Notes: generated by a model not told the origin, from the letters alone. DNA of 64,000 bases from Basidiobolus meristosporus CBS 931.73 (GCA_002104905.1 MCFE01000011.1:124001-188000), one strand, 5' to 3'. Shown: positions 26,266 through 40,599, numbered from the stretch's first letter. Numbers and translations: made by a program.

Positions 26266-28343
26266 ATGGAAAGAAAACATAGTGTCGCGGACTCGGATAG
26301 TTACACATCTGAAACAGCACCTTTTGTCCAACATGGCTATCAGTATGATGGTGTGCATCACTTATTTTTTTCTTGGCAATTATTGTACTGACAAGGACAC
26401 TTAACTCTAGGTTCAAATAACAGCAGCCAGGAAAACCGTGTTGCTAGCTCATACAAGTTCTACACTCGGCTGAGATATTATGTTCCATGCCTCTCATGGG
26501 TTCCCAAGTACGACTTGGCGACATTTCCATCGGACTTTCTGGCTGCACTTACTGTTGCTTGCTTGAGTATTCCTCAGGGCCTATCTTATGCATCCGCTAT
26601 TGTGCATTTGCCACCTGTATATGGCCTTTATGTCACTTGTATTCCTTTAATTATTTATGCGCTCTTCGGTACCTCTAGGTAATAATCACATTTTATCTCG
26701 TAGCACGGTTGCTCTCCTACTAACCATTCTGTCACTGAAGACAAATATCCATCGGTCCTGAAGCACTTATTGCAATGCTCGTAGGCTCTGCTGTTTCTAT
26801 CAGAACTTCCGATCTAACTGACCCGGATGAAATTCTAGCTGAATCAATTGCAGCTGCAACAGTGGTTGGCTTTCTGGTTGGATTATTCACGCTTCTATTA
26901 GGACTGTTTAGAGTTGGTTTCCTAGATTCAATTCTATCACGCTCTCTGTTAAGAGGGTTTATTACTGCTCTGGCAGTTCTAATTATTGTCGGTCAATCGA
27001 TAACTCTACTTGGACTGGACAAAGTGCCAGGAAGCAAGCATGGCGGTTCTACCCTAACGAAGTTCTTGTTCATAGTTGAGAACCTCGGCAAAATACACTG
27101 GAAAACTGCTTTCATCTCTGGCATCTCCCTAGTCTTCCTGTTCACCATGCAATTTCTGAAGAAGCGCAGTACAAGCAAATGGTTTCAATATATTCCGGAG
27201 TTCCTTATTGTCTGCGTGGTGTCTACTATTCTCTGCAAGCGTTACCGCTGGGATGAGGATGGCCTTATGGTTTTGGGCCCCTTGGAGCATGGTAGAATCC
27301 CTACTCCTAGTATCCCGCCACTTCTTGACGCCAATAGAATACATGATGTCCTAATACCTGCTGTGCTTACCTCAATTATGGGCTTTGTCATTTCTGCCGC
27401 AATCACCAAGACTTACGCCATCCAGCACAACTACAGTGTATCACCCAATCGAGAGCTTGTCGCACTAGGGATTGCCAATCTAGTGGGATCATTTTTCCAG
27501 ACCTGGCCTGCTTTTGGTTCGGTGGCCCGTAGTAAGTTAAACAACCATGTTGGAGGAAGGAGTCAGCTATCCGGATTTATGACTGGTGTCATTGGTCTTA
27601 TTGCGGTCTCGTATTTCCTTCCTTTGCTACGTTTCTTACCCAAGGCCGTGCTCTCATCTCTAATCTTCGTCGCGGGTGTGTCTCTTTTAGTTGAAGCACC
27701 GAAAGAGCTGCGTTACATTATTCACATGCGTGCGTGGCGAGATTTGGCATTACTATCCATCACCTTTCTAGTTACGATGGCTATTTCAATCGAAGCTGGA
27801 ACATTTACCTCTGTTGGGCTTTCACTGCTACTAGTCGTGAAAAAGAGTACAAAACCGAAGATGCTGATCATGGGAAAGATTCCTGGCGAAAACAAGTTCA
27901 AACCGATTAACCAGCATCCAGAGGCCGAGCTTGTTCAAGGAATTCAGCTAATTCAGATACAAGAGGCTTTATTCTTTGCAAACACAGGTCAGTTGAAAGA
28001 TCGTCTTCGTAGATTAGAGCAGTTTGGAGATGAAAGTGTACATCCTTCGGAAGAGCCCCGAGTTTCTCCTGCGTCATGTGTTATTTTTGACATTGGTAAG
28101 ATGCCCGAAATTGATGCCAGTGCTGCCCAAATCTTTCTCGAAATTGTTGACGATTACCATCGTCGTCATGTCGATGTATATTTCGTTAAACTCCGGGAAA
28201 AGTGCAAGGAAACGTTTGTACGGTCGGGTTTAATTGACCATGTTGGACCCCATCGGTTTTTCAGAAAAATCAACGAGGCCATAAATCATATCGAACGCCA
28301 AGGTGATCGAGAAATTCATGCGGCCTACCCAATGTCATCCTAG
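26266..28343 (+). CDS. SLC26/SulP anion (sulfate-type) transporter with STAS domain, multi-exon
   Basis: LRYYVP..WVPKYD..DISIGL..ACLSIPQGLSYAS, PVYGLY, GTSRQISIGPEA, NRELVALGIANLVGSFF, FGSVARS, LFFANTGQLKDRLRRLE and IDASAAQIFLEIV. Likely start MERKHS at 26266. Confidence 0.93.
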
Positions 28344-29734
28344 TGTCCCTAATATCATGTTCTATGTATGTCAACATAATCTGTTTTCCTAGAACTTTCC
28401 TTAGTTCGTGCACATGCATATGTATTCATTTGTGAGATAGTATCAACCCACCCTACTTGACATTCCGTTTGATCGAAGATTGTATTGGCAAGTAGAAAGC
28501 ATGAGTCCACCACAGAGTACTCTATATTGTTACATTTTCAACCCCGTTAGAGGATATTTATTGTGCCGAAATATACAAGTTATTAAATTGAACATCGTAA
28601 AATAAATTCATGTTTGCTACCAGTTACGTTGTGTTTAGTCGATGCCGTCGCATGTGGCTGATTCCAAGGGATATTACCTAAAACAGGTCGGGGGAAGGGC
28701 AATTTAATTCTCAAAATATACAACTTTCTACCAAGTCTGTAAGGTCATTAGCATGTATACGGCCCAAAATCATATGCACAATGTAATTATATCATTCTGG
28801 CTTATAAGATGAAAGGCGTTAACAGTCAGGTTGAAACCGACAAGAATGTATAGCTATATTCATTCTCAGCGTGAGACACACAGGTTGGAGTGTGGTTGCA
28901 ATGGTAGGCAAAACACCTGCTTAATTCAAAGGATTGTGCGAATGAATCTATGATTCACATGGTTCGACGTCAACTTGTTATCCATGTGATATGTGTCGCA
29001 CCAGTGGAGATTGTGTTTCTAGGGACAATGGAGGGCCATGTTCCAAGAATCAGATTGGTATTTCTGATACTAGGGGTATTATTGATAAAGCTGTAATAAC
29101 GCACATTTATCTTGAAGGTTGCTTTTGCTTCAATAACTGCGACCTCCACACACTCCTTTAGGTGTAAATGAAATACACGCAGTGGTAAAGTTAAGCTGGT
29201 AATCCTATTCACCCCTTAAGGGGTTATACATGCATACATCCATTGAGCCACATAAATTCTAGAGGGGTTATTACGGAGGATCGGAAAGAGTATAATGAAC
29301 CACTTCGGTATCCATATTTTACCTGAATTTAAGACATAATTCGACCTTCTTGCAATAAGCCTTATTCCCGCTTATTGACCCTTTTTAACCAAGATTTCGA
29401 ATTCTTCGGGTTTCCATCTCGTTTTTAATTGCCATTTAAACGTGACCATTGTCATAAGATGTTAGTTCTGCAAGGTATCACATTTAAATACATGATGCAT
29501 ATGCCAGGCTTCATTAACCACGCCGCTGACGAATGCGAGCATCTGGTAATGTAGTTGTAATTAATCACAATGGGATGTGCTTCTAATAAGAGGAATCACG
29601 TTGTTCTTGCCACATCTGATAACCTAAAGTTGGCGTTCGAGCTTATATAAAGATCTGCTCGGTCGTTACGAATCTATTAGCACCGTCACCTGTTATACCA
29701 CAGCTCCGATCTGCATCTTAAATTACCAAATTGA

Positions 29735-30379
29735 ATGGAGTTTGCGCCCTTCAAGCGTTTTTATTTTCCTTTGACTAAAGGGAACGGCTATGAGTACATG
29801 GAAACTATTTCGGATGAAATTCAGTATCTCTTTCGGTATAAGTACAAAATGCACCCCAACCAGACCCTCACCAAGTACGGTTACATCGTGAACGGTACCT
29901 CAAAAGAGATGATCTTCTATATGTCCATTATTGATAAGCACCAAGTAGCCAACGAAAAGAGACTCATGAAAGAGATCAAGAAAGATCCCCGAGTCCCCAA
30001 CAATCTCACTGTACTCGATCACTCAACTGCATCGGCCGTGAGATACGAAATCCAACAAAGACACCGGAACAAGATTCGACTAACACATAAACCTTCAATT
30101 ATTGACAACCAACTCACGAAAATCAAGCGAAAAATCTCTTTCGAAAAACTGCTTGCCCCACCATCCTCACCTAGTAGAAAATTAAAATTTGACAACATCG
30201 ATATTATATTTCCGTACGACCCTGAGGCCCCTTCCTCTATAGTTCCAGATCCAGCCAAGATCGGACTGACGACCATTCCTCCAAAGAGCGCGCTCAAATC
30301 TCCAAGCCTATGTAAGCAAGGGAAATTGGCAGAGCGACTATTCAAACGGGCTTCGTTTCTTATTCTCGCGAAATCCTGA
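29735..30379 (+). CDS. Hypothetical intronless protein, 214 aa
   Basis: Long ATG ORF with a TATA-like TTATATAAAAG at ~29643 about 90 bp upstream. Basic, Pro/Ser-rich C-terminal half. No family recognised. Confidence 0.6.
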   Translation: MEFAPFKRFYFPLTKGNGYEYMETISDEIQYLFRYKYKMHPNQTLTKYGYIVNGTSKEMIFYMSIIDKHQVANEKRLMKEIKKDPRVPNNLTVLDHSTASAVRYEIQQRHRNKIRLTHKPSIIDNQLTKIKRKISFEKLLAPPSSPSRKLKFDNIDIIFPYDPEAPSSIVPDPAKIGLTTIPPKSALKSPSLCKQGKLAERLFKRASFLILAKS

Positions 30380-31217
30380 AGATCTTTACACTCGATGAAT
30401 TCCACATCTATAGCCAAGACGCAGCCTGGCCCCATGCTCAAGTATATCTCCATATTCCACATGTCTCTTATTGATAAGTCCCGATACCTGCTGGGCAGTA
30501 CGCTTCTAGAATACTCCACAGTGTTTACGAATTATCTCACGTTTGAAGGCATATTCTCATTCCTCCAGAGATACACCGATGATATTACGTGTCAACTGGA
30601 TTTACCGTTGGAAACGCATTGTTGGGACTTGTCACGTACACAACCAACACAACTGAATTATATGCCTGACTATTTATAGCATTGTCCTTCACCATTTTAC
30701 TCACCCTGACGGTCTGATCCATCTCAATCGAAGAGCCGAAAGCTAATTAATCATCGCCTTTTAATAGCTCATTCTTAAAGATATACCTCATCCTTTTCAC
30801 CTCCATCTACTACACTCTCACTGATATTTTGCATCTATCATTCGATTTTTTAATTCCTCTTTGATGTCAGGTATCCTGTACAAACAAATACTCTGATGGA
30901 ATCGCATTCTCTCTGTATCTCCTTGTTTGCTCTTTCCCCTAAAGTGCAGACAGAGTTGTGTTGTCTTGAGGGCAATGTATCGGTTATGTCGCCAGATGGC
31001 TTGGACTGATATTATTTCGATTAATAGTAAAGTTGTGCCCTGATCCACATAAGCAATTTTACACTACGATATCGGCCACTCTAAATTCGATTTGTTTAAA
31101 TTTATGAAAAATTCGAATCTTGTTTGCATGCCAATTGGTGCGAGTACCGTTCACGTATGTACCCAATTCCAAGTAATTCACGGGATACCCGTTACGCGAA
31201 ACCCTCTACCACACAAC

Positions 31218-32852
<1,635 letters not shown>

Positions 32853-33655
32853 CCATGCTCCAGCTCGCCCGATTCAGAGTTGCTAGTAAACATCAATGAA
32901 AAAGGTCAGCAAACACCAAAGCGAACTAGAAGCTTGATAATAAACCGTGCCAATTTTACTACATCCTTTTGCAATCTTCATAACATCAAATGGGCCAGTC
33001 TAGGCAAGAGGAAATATTATGTAGTAGAAAAAGGTAAAATCACTCCAACTCTTGGGTGAAAACACCCTTAAACCATTAGGACCTTGAATCTATGGGGATT
33101 CCAATTTGCTTTCCATGTCGCAACTAGTTGAAGATCGCCAAGGGCACCATCTACAGACTGCAGCATCTGAAGAGTGATTGCCTGAAACTGATTAAAATTT
33201 GGGATACTGCATGTATTGAATACCAGCATTGCTTCATCATAGTTACTGCTTAGGTTTCGACCGCACTAATCACATTTTTGGGCCCTACCTCTTACAATAG
33301 AAGTGATGCCGAAGTCAGTCGCCTCGTTCATAATGGGGCAAACGAATCGAACCATTTGTGATGTCAGATATTCTATGCAAGACCATGTGTGGAAGATTTT
33401 CGTAACCAAGGCAGCGAATTCCAAATCATGTATGCATCCATGTATACATCGCCAAATTTACAGAACAATGTATGCGGCTGTGAAAAGCTTTTGTAGGATG
33501 CATCACAGAATGGCGGCCATGCAAAGGGCGGTTGAAGTCTAGCGATTCCAAGAAACCCGATCTCAATGGAATCATATAAATCCGGGCATCCACAAGCACG
33601 ATTTCACCAAACTTAGTTTTTACCTTGGTGTCATTCACAACTGCAATTTCTGAGG

Positions 33656-34102
33656 ATGGATCTACTTGCCGTATTCAAATATTGCTGTGGTTCTGAAGAA
33701 ACCCAGGCCTACCCAGAGGGATTTAACCCCGGAAGAAGACCCTCGGCTCTTCCTCTGCTGCAAGAGATGCCATTCAGCGAATATGAAGGGTGTCCAGAGC
33801 CGAACAAACTCAACCTGTCAAGAAGGCCATCAGCCCTGCCATTACTGGACCCTACCCCCAATATCCCGAAGAAATGCTTGAGCATTGGTAAATCAGCGCT
33901 CAGTGAAAAGCTGTTCCTGCATCCAGGAAACTTCAAGAGGGATTCTCTACTGGACTATGGTGGGGATCTGACTAAGGTGAAGGATTTATTGAGAACCGTC
34001 AGTTTTGACGAGGCCGTCTCGGTCGGATTTGATGTCACCGATAAGCAGTCGAAAGTCACCACCGTCAAGTTCACATTGACACCAGAATTGGCACGTGAAT
34101 AG
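33656..34102 (+). CDS. Small orphan protein, FTLTP-motif family paralog C
   Basis: 148-aa ATG ORF, MDLLAVFKYCC...RRPSALPLL (twice)...DYGGDLTKVKDLLRTVSFDEAV...TVKFTLTPELARE. TATAAA at 33575-33580. Confidence 0.8.
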   Translation: MDLLAVFKYCCGSEETQAYPEGFNPGRRPSALPLLQEMPFSEYEGCPEPNKLNLSRRPSALPLLDPTPNIPKKCLSIGKSALSEKLFLHPGNFKRDSLLDYGGDLTKVKDLLRTVSFDEAVSVGFDVTDKQSKVTTVKFTLTPELARE

Positions 34103-35219
34103 AACCGATCTAACAGGCGCCTAGTATAACTTATAATACATCTGTTGTATATAACTCGATCCAAATTTTGGGCAGGCTAATTTATCATTGATTTATAGTG
34201 GAGTACTGTGTGCTCGATTTGTTTACCACAATAAGAATCGCAATAAACCTACAAACTATATACCAGGTTCCCAAGGATTGTGACATTAAGATCGGCCTTT
34301 CCCAAGTCCATTCTTGGCTATACTCGGGGTTAGAATGTTGCGATGCAGCAGTCATGTGATCCCTACCCACCACTGCTCTTTCATAGGATGTTAGAGGCAA
34401 TTCCCAAATAGAATATCCTCATCAGCCCAAACAAACGGGCGCTCCGAGATTAAGCCATACATGCATGCAGGTGGTATCGCGTTGGCGGGTTTCCATTTCA
34501 CGGCTTTGAAGCTACATGGAGAAAGGGGGCAGACACAGTAGTCGCATGAGCGCTATGCTTTCACTTCAGGACGGCATACAAGCTTAGGGCGGACAGGCCG
34601 TGGACGTGGAGGCGTTCAGAAATTGGCGAAATTGAGGGACTGCTCGCCGCCCATCCCAAGCAGGCGAATTGAGCCTAAACGGAGAATACGGATGATGCGC
34701 ACCTCTCAATGGTACGCCTACGATACTGTAGCACACAATGACCAATGGAGGGGGTTTGCTGTAGACGTATAAAGCCCCATATGCATCTCATAAAGGATTG
34801 GGATCCGAGTTATTTTACAAACTAAAATGTTTCAAAAGTGAATGTGTACTTGGTAACACGGATGGGCTGCACCGACGACATAAACCAGTCATATTGAGCT
34901 CGCCAATGTTTTTGAACCGAATAGCGCGGAATGATCGGGAGCCATTGTTTGAGCAGTGGAACAAAATTAAATGTATTTTAGAGTACTGTATAAGTAGTTG
35001 CTACATGGATGATCAAAAATAATGCTGGTTGCGTATATGGTAAGTTTGACCACCGGGGTAAAGATAGCGCCGAAAAGATTGAATATCAAGGCAGAAACAG
35101 AAAGTACAACGGGAAAGGGTGATGCAGCATGCAGGACACCACGCCCTTGATAATCATATGTAGAAAAAGCATAAACATGTGGAGAGTCAAACGTTATGAG
35201 GGTGATGAACAAAAGGTGT

Positions 35220-35804
35220 TTACATTACAGTACACTTCAATTTCTTGAACTTTTTGGCCATGCTTGGTCTCTTTTTGGAGTAGTACTCTCCATATATCTG
35301 GCGCAAATTCCTGACCAATGTGAAGAACGCCTTTTCGACATTGACGGCGGTCTTGGCTGAACTTTCGATGAACTGGCATCCAAATCGCCGTGCCATTGCC
35401 ATCCCTTCTTGCTGCGTTACCTTCCTCTCCGATGATTTGTCGCACTTGTTGCCTATCAATATCATTGGCGTTGCTTTTGAGCCCAGTGTGCTGGTTATGT
35501 GTTGTCGTATAGCCTCCAAGCGCTCGAATGAGGACCTCTCAGTTATGCAGTAGACCAGTAAAAAAGCCTCTCCTTCGCGTATCCATTGCTCACGTAAGGT
35601 GGAATACTCTTGTTGCCCAGCGGTATCAAGTACCTCAAGAATACACGCCTTATCATCAATCACCACTTGCTTGCGGTATACATTCTCGATGGTTGGGTTA
35701 TAGTTTTCTACAAAATGGGCAGAACATAGCTGCAATGTCAGGGCCGTTTTTCCCACACCTCCGTCACCCAACAGCACCATCTTGTGCGTTTTATACTCCA
35801 GCAT
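35220..35804 (-). CDS. Ras-family small GTPase (fungal Ras2-like), intronless, with CAAX
   Basis: GDGGVGKT P-loop, DTAGQ, NKCD, SAK, polybasic tail and C-terminal CTVM. Confidence 0.95.
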   Translation of the reverse strand: MLEYKTHKMVLLGDGGVGKTALTLQLCSAHFVENYNPTIENVYRKQVVIDDKACILEVLDTAGQQEYSTLREQWIREGEAFLLVYCITERSSFERLEAIRQHITSTLGSKATPMILIGNKCDKSSERKVTQQEGMAMARRFGCQFIESSAKTAVNVEKAFFTLVRNLRQIYGEYYSKKRPSMAKKFKKLKCTVM

Positions 35805-36989
35805 TTTTGTGAATGTTCGATGCGGCTATCTTCGATTGGTATGGATGATAAATAGGGAGGTGAGCTGTTAAGGAAATGGGCGTATGAGCTAAACAATGGG
35901 TCTGGTTCAACAGAACTATGAATCAATTAAAAGTCACTATGAACAAGGCAAAGACAAGGAAGTGAGGAGGGTAAGAAGTCTGAGCCACTTACTGCGTAGT
36001 TCCTTTCGAGTAGGCTGGCCAATTTAAAGGAAATTTTCGACGAAAATCTTGCTCTAAATGAGGTCGCACTGTACAATACAAGCGGTAATAATGATGGAGG
36101 GACAAGATTGATTATGAAAGACCCAATGACCGCCATCGGATGTTGGACACATATTATTCCCCAGTCATCGAAATAAATTGTCAATTTCCAAACTAAGACA
36201 GCTCTCTACCCATATCCTGCACTACTCGCCCTCGTATACATTTACGGAAACTAGGCAAATTTTTCGATACAATTCCATATGAAACAAGTTATTTCGAGTG
36301 AAGTGGTGCTATGCTGGGTGGTTTGGGAGAACGTACGTAAACCGGATCACAACAGCCGCGTTTTGCTCAGGGCTGAGAAGGCGAGACATTGGGAATTAGT
36401 ATCTAAGCTAGGTGAGTATGGAGGAGGCGAGCCATCGTTGGGAGCTACATTATATGGCATAGCACGGGTTGTAATACCCGGAGTGCGTGTTTAGGTAATG
36501 AGGCCCAAGGAATTCGGCGCTTAAGCCAGTTAACCTAAACCCCCTTAGCCAAATCAAACCCTAGTATATATAAATGTACGTCCTCTATTCCCTTGGAATG
36601 TCCAAATATGGTACCTCACATTGCTCAGATCACACTTCGCAACTTTTAGCTTTAGCAGTGATCGATCATCCGAATCAGGTGGTACAGGTAATGTAGTACG
36701 GCCCTATGAGGCGAATCCACAAATTAGAATTGAAATTAAACGGAGTTCCCGAGGAGTGAAGGGCCGCTGACAGTTGAAGTATTTTTAGAAACATTTCGAC
36801 GTATGCTTGGGGGATTGAAAGCTTGCGATTCCCACAGTAAAGTGTGGCCTTGTCATGATCTACCTGGCAGCTTGATGGATTGGTGTTTAATGAATTTCTG
36901 CATTACTTTATAATGAAAAAGCATCGGGAACAATCACTTGATTTGAATTCGCCACGTTATCAAAGCCTGAACTCTCATTGATGAATGCT

Positions 36990-37830
36990 TCAAACTTTGC
37001 ACCATCATTGGGTCCACAATTGGTAAGCTGGAGTAGGATTTCTAACTTCGATCAGCATTTGGATTAGAAACCCGAAATAGGCAGCGTCTCAGCAGAATGC
37101 GTTGCCACGTTTGTTAGTAAATCATTCTAGGGCATATTATTGTGGACTCATTCCTATTGAGGCTTCATTACTTTGCACTCTTAACTGAAGCGGATACTAT
37201 TCAAAGTTTCCAAGTCTCCAAAACCATACTTCACATCTCCTTTTAACCCCTTCAGCTTAGCTTCTACCCTGACTACAAGCTCAAAAGGACCTCTTTCATC
37301 TATTACTAGTATTTTCTATATCATCCAGGCTTTGGGTTCTGATTTGGGAGCTGATGAGGCGTCAAAAGTTGGAGTATTGATCATAATCCGGTCCACTTGT
37401 CTCATGGCTTCTTGCCTAGAGAAAGGTGATATACATTAGTGTGATGATGTGTGTTTCAATTGTTAAAATGCATATTGGAATTTGTAAACGAAAGGCTCTG
37501 AAATTCCTTGTGCTAAATTTTCTGACCTCCGGGACTTCAGACAAGTCAAGCTTTTCAGTACTTTGGCCAGAGTTATCTTTTGTATTAACGGATTACTTCT
37601 GTCTTTCATATGACATCTGGTGGTGCCTAATGGTATCATGTGAGAGTTATATTCTGAGTAGTAATCTGCTGCCTGATTATAAGGCTAACACTCATAGCTG
37701 CTGTGAGAGTCTTGGAGATATTGGAAGTCATTTGAGAACTAAGTAGAGAATGTGGTTACCCCTTCAAGATTTGTTGAATATAAAAGTGGTAATTATTCTT
37801 TGACATAGTTTCAGTGCTCTATGTACTTAA
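36990..37830 (-). pseudogene. Decayed coding sequence continuing from a copy of the unidentified repeat unit
   Basis: The minus frame reads ...SPRLSQQL*VLAL*SGSRLLLRI*LSHD...KLDLSEVPEVRKF, then an intron-like segment ending CTCTAG, then ARSHETSGPDYDQYSNF*RLISSQ...NR*KRSF*. Stops fall where CGA/CAA/CAG could be expected. Confidence 0.35.
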
Positions 37831-38253
37831 TTTGCACCTAAACTTCTCATGTATCTTCTGAATCTAATCAGCTTATTGCCAAAATTAGACTTGTTTACCT
37901 ATTCTTGGAATAAGTGCGGTCTTGGAAGTGTCAGGATTTTTAAACTTGTCCAAAGCCCCAATGCTTTGCAAACCATCTTTTAGGACCTTATTAAGAAAAC
38001 ATTCTTTCTACTAGATCTACCAAACTTCTCTAAAAGTACAAAAACTCTATCTGATAATTTGATATACCTATTGTGTCAAACAGGCTGTTAGATGAAGTCG
38101 CATTGCATAAATACTAATTTTTTCCCAAGTACTCAGATTGCAAGAAACCTGAGCTGTAAGAGCTACAAAACTATAATTTGGGCACATTAATCCTTTCATA
38201 TTGAAAAGGTAGATGCAGCAACTTTTGTGTAACTACTAGAATCTGCTCCATGC

Positions 38254-38600
38254 TGTTGCAAGAGTCTTGGAGATACTGGAAATGACTGGAAGAACAAGTA
38301 GATTAGGTGGTTTTCACTTAATGATTTATTGAATGTAAGATAGTATGTATACTTTTACATGGTCTTGGCAAGACAGCCACATAGAATATGTTTCACAAGG
38401 CTCCACAAACATGTGTGCAAAGTTTGGAGCTGCTTTGACAACTTTTAAATTTCTAATGCTCTGAGTACCTAATAGTTTGGAGAAAATATTCTTGGTAAAT
38501 CCTAACCAAAAATTTGGTCAGAATTCTTTGAGATTTGTAGACTATAATCTGAGTGATCAAGTTGGGTGAATATCTAGGTGTAATACAAAACTACAACACA
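38254..38600 (-). repeat. Copy of unidentified ~350-bp degenerate repeat
   Basis: TGTTGCAAGAGTCTTGGAGATACTGG...TACTTTTACATGGTC...TGTGCAAAGTTTGG...; aligns by eye with 47197-47545 and 58656-59000. Confidence 0.85.
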
Positions 38601-38789
38601 TATGAAGGCCTCCTAGATAAAATTTAAGTATGCTTGTATTTTTCAAATTTCCATACAAATAGTAGAGGAAAGAGTTATGGATGAATATGATGCCACCTGG
38701 AAGAATCTCTGAAGCCACCAAAGGTCTATGATTGCCTACCATTAGCACAATGTCTCACCAATCTGAAAAAATAATGCTATTGTGTTGTA

Positions 38790-39131
38790 TTTATTAAGTT
38801 GTCGCCAAAATATTCATGCTAACTTAGTCGCATAGATCTTATTCTTTGATTAGCATTCTGTCCTGACCAAATTTCTTGTTGGGATTTACTTAAAATATTT
38901 TCACCAAATTATCAGGTACCCAGATTATGATCTTTCTCAAAGTTGTCCAAAAGCCCCCAAACTTTGCACACATATTCTTGGGACCTTCCTTAACAAGCTC
39001 TACATGCTTGTTTGCTCTACTTTATCAAAAGTATAAATACCATACTTTTGATCAATAAATCTACAAGTGAATAACATGTAAATCCTCTATTTCTCCACAT
39101 CACCTCCAATACTCCTCAGAATATTGCAACA
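38790..39131 (+). repeat. Inverted copy of the same repeat
   Basis: CCAAATTTCTTGTTGGGATTTACTTAAAATATTTTCACCAAATT...CCCCCAAACTTTGCACACATATTCTTGGGAC; nearly identical to 47925-48272. Confidence 0.88.
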
Positions 39132-39439
39132 TATTGGACATTCTGATGGATTACCAATATAAAGAAACAGGTATCAAAGCATATAAACTGTGTGTCCTAC
39201 TATTGAGATAATATACCCAAGTGTCTGGGCAGTTATCCAGCTGTTGAAATGGCTTTCCAATTACATTCTACTCTACAATAAATGCATAATATTGTAAATG
39301 ACATACAATACTGACTGTACCTCACACTGTATATATGCTTTAGTTCTGGCAAATAAAGTAGAGGTCAAGGCTGCCTTATGGCATTATGCATTACAGAGCT
39401 ACAAAATATTATTCTTCCATTGCCATACTGTAGATCATT

Positions 39440-40060
39440 GGGAATTGGTAAAAATCAGAGATACGGAAATCACTGGATATCACACTGCCATTTTTGACCG
39501 GCCTTCTTCTAAACTACCCTGAGGCTCTAAAAGCTCTGAAGGCTGTTGGTTGGCAAAGTGAGTTTTGCAATCCACCTCAATTGACTTGATGTGTATTTGT
39601 TTGGTGTTCTCCATCAGAACAAGTCCAGTATTGAGCCATGCTGGAGTCACAATATCAAAAAGCATAGGTGTGAGTTATTTTGAGTATGTAGTAGATCTAC
39701 TCTTTCACAACATTCATGGCTACAATATGTTTCCTTCCAAAGCTCGACTAAATTCAACAGGGTACTCTTGATGCCTATTGACTTCATATGTTATGGGCTA
39801 AGTTTGGACCTGGGTACTCTACAATATCAATCAGCTTGCCATTAGTGTACCCACAACAAGTATGTGCAGTTTCTGATATGTTTCCTCCTAGAGGCATTCC
39901 GAGGCAACACCAATTTAAGTATTGATCTGGCTCAAACCAATACGAAGCACTCCGCAAGTGGAAAGATTCCCACTGCTTGCCCTAAAATTGGCAAAGTAGT
40001 CAAGTGAAGCTTTTGTACGATATTAAGGTGCTGAATCGACCTGACCTTTGTGTCTTTGGC
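39440..40060 (-). pseudogene. Alpha-arrestin pseudogene related to the 42997-44094 gene
   Basis: The minus strand reads QWESFHLRSASYWFEPDQY versus QWVFLQSQSTSYWLEPDQY in the intact gene, and IKSTLLNLVELW versus VKRTLVNSTELW. Multiple stops and frameshifts. Confidence 0.7.
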
Positions 40061-40599
40061 AAGTTTACTACTCTCTGTGCATGGCGGCACTATAGTAACT
40101 ATGTTGATGGCATTGTAGACCTCACACAGATATGTATTAGAGCTCTCTTTGAGCAGGTACAATTGATAATTCGCACTCATCCCTGTATCTTATTGATGAA
40201 ACCATGAAGTGGTTCATGTTCACTCCACGCGTGAACTGCTATTTAGTATAGAATTCTAAGATGCCAATTCTCCTCAATGTCCTTATTTTTTAGGTCCAGT
40301 TACAGCCGCTTGTATTATCATGTAAACTAGTTTGGACACTATTGACAAAGATTTTGTAATATCATCCGAGAAAAGCAACATGAGTCTGCTAACCGTTAAT
40401 ATTTCTTTATTTGACATAGATGTTCTTATGGAAAGGACCCGAAGACTTTGTGGTGCAACATACTAACAATGGCAACCGGGTATATGACCTACGCTATAAC
40501 TACAGCACGTAATGTTTCTGGTGCAAACCAGTGAGTTCTAGGCCGTGTATCCCAAAGAATAAGGCTCGCATACAACGTCATAATACTCTATAGGGAGTG

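Noticed and set aside
38254-39131. Solo LTR or Ginger element, suggested by TG...CA ends
   Set aside because: No target-site duplication, the arms are diverged, and similarity continues past the supposed end at the 37699 copy.
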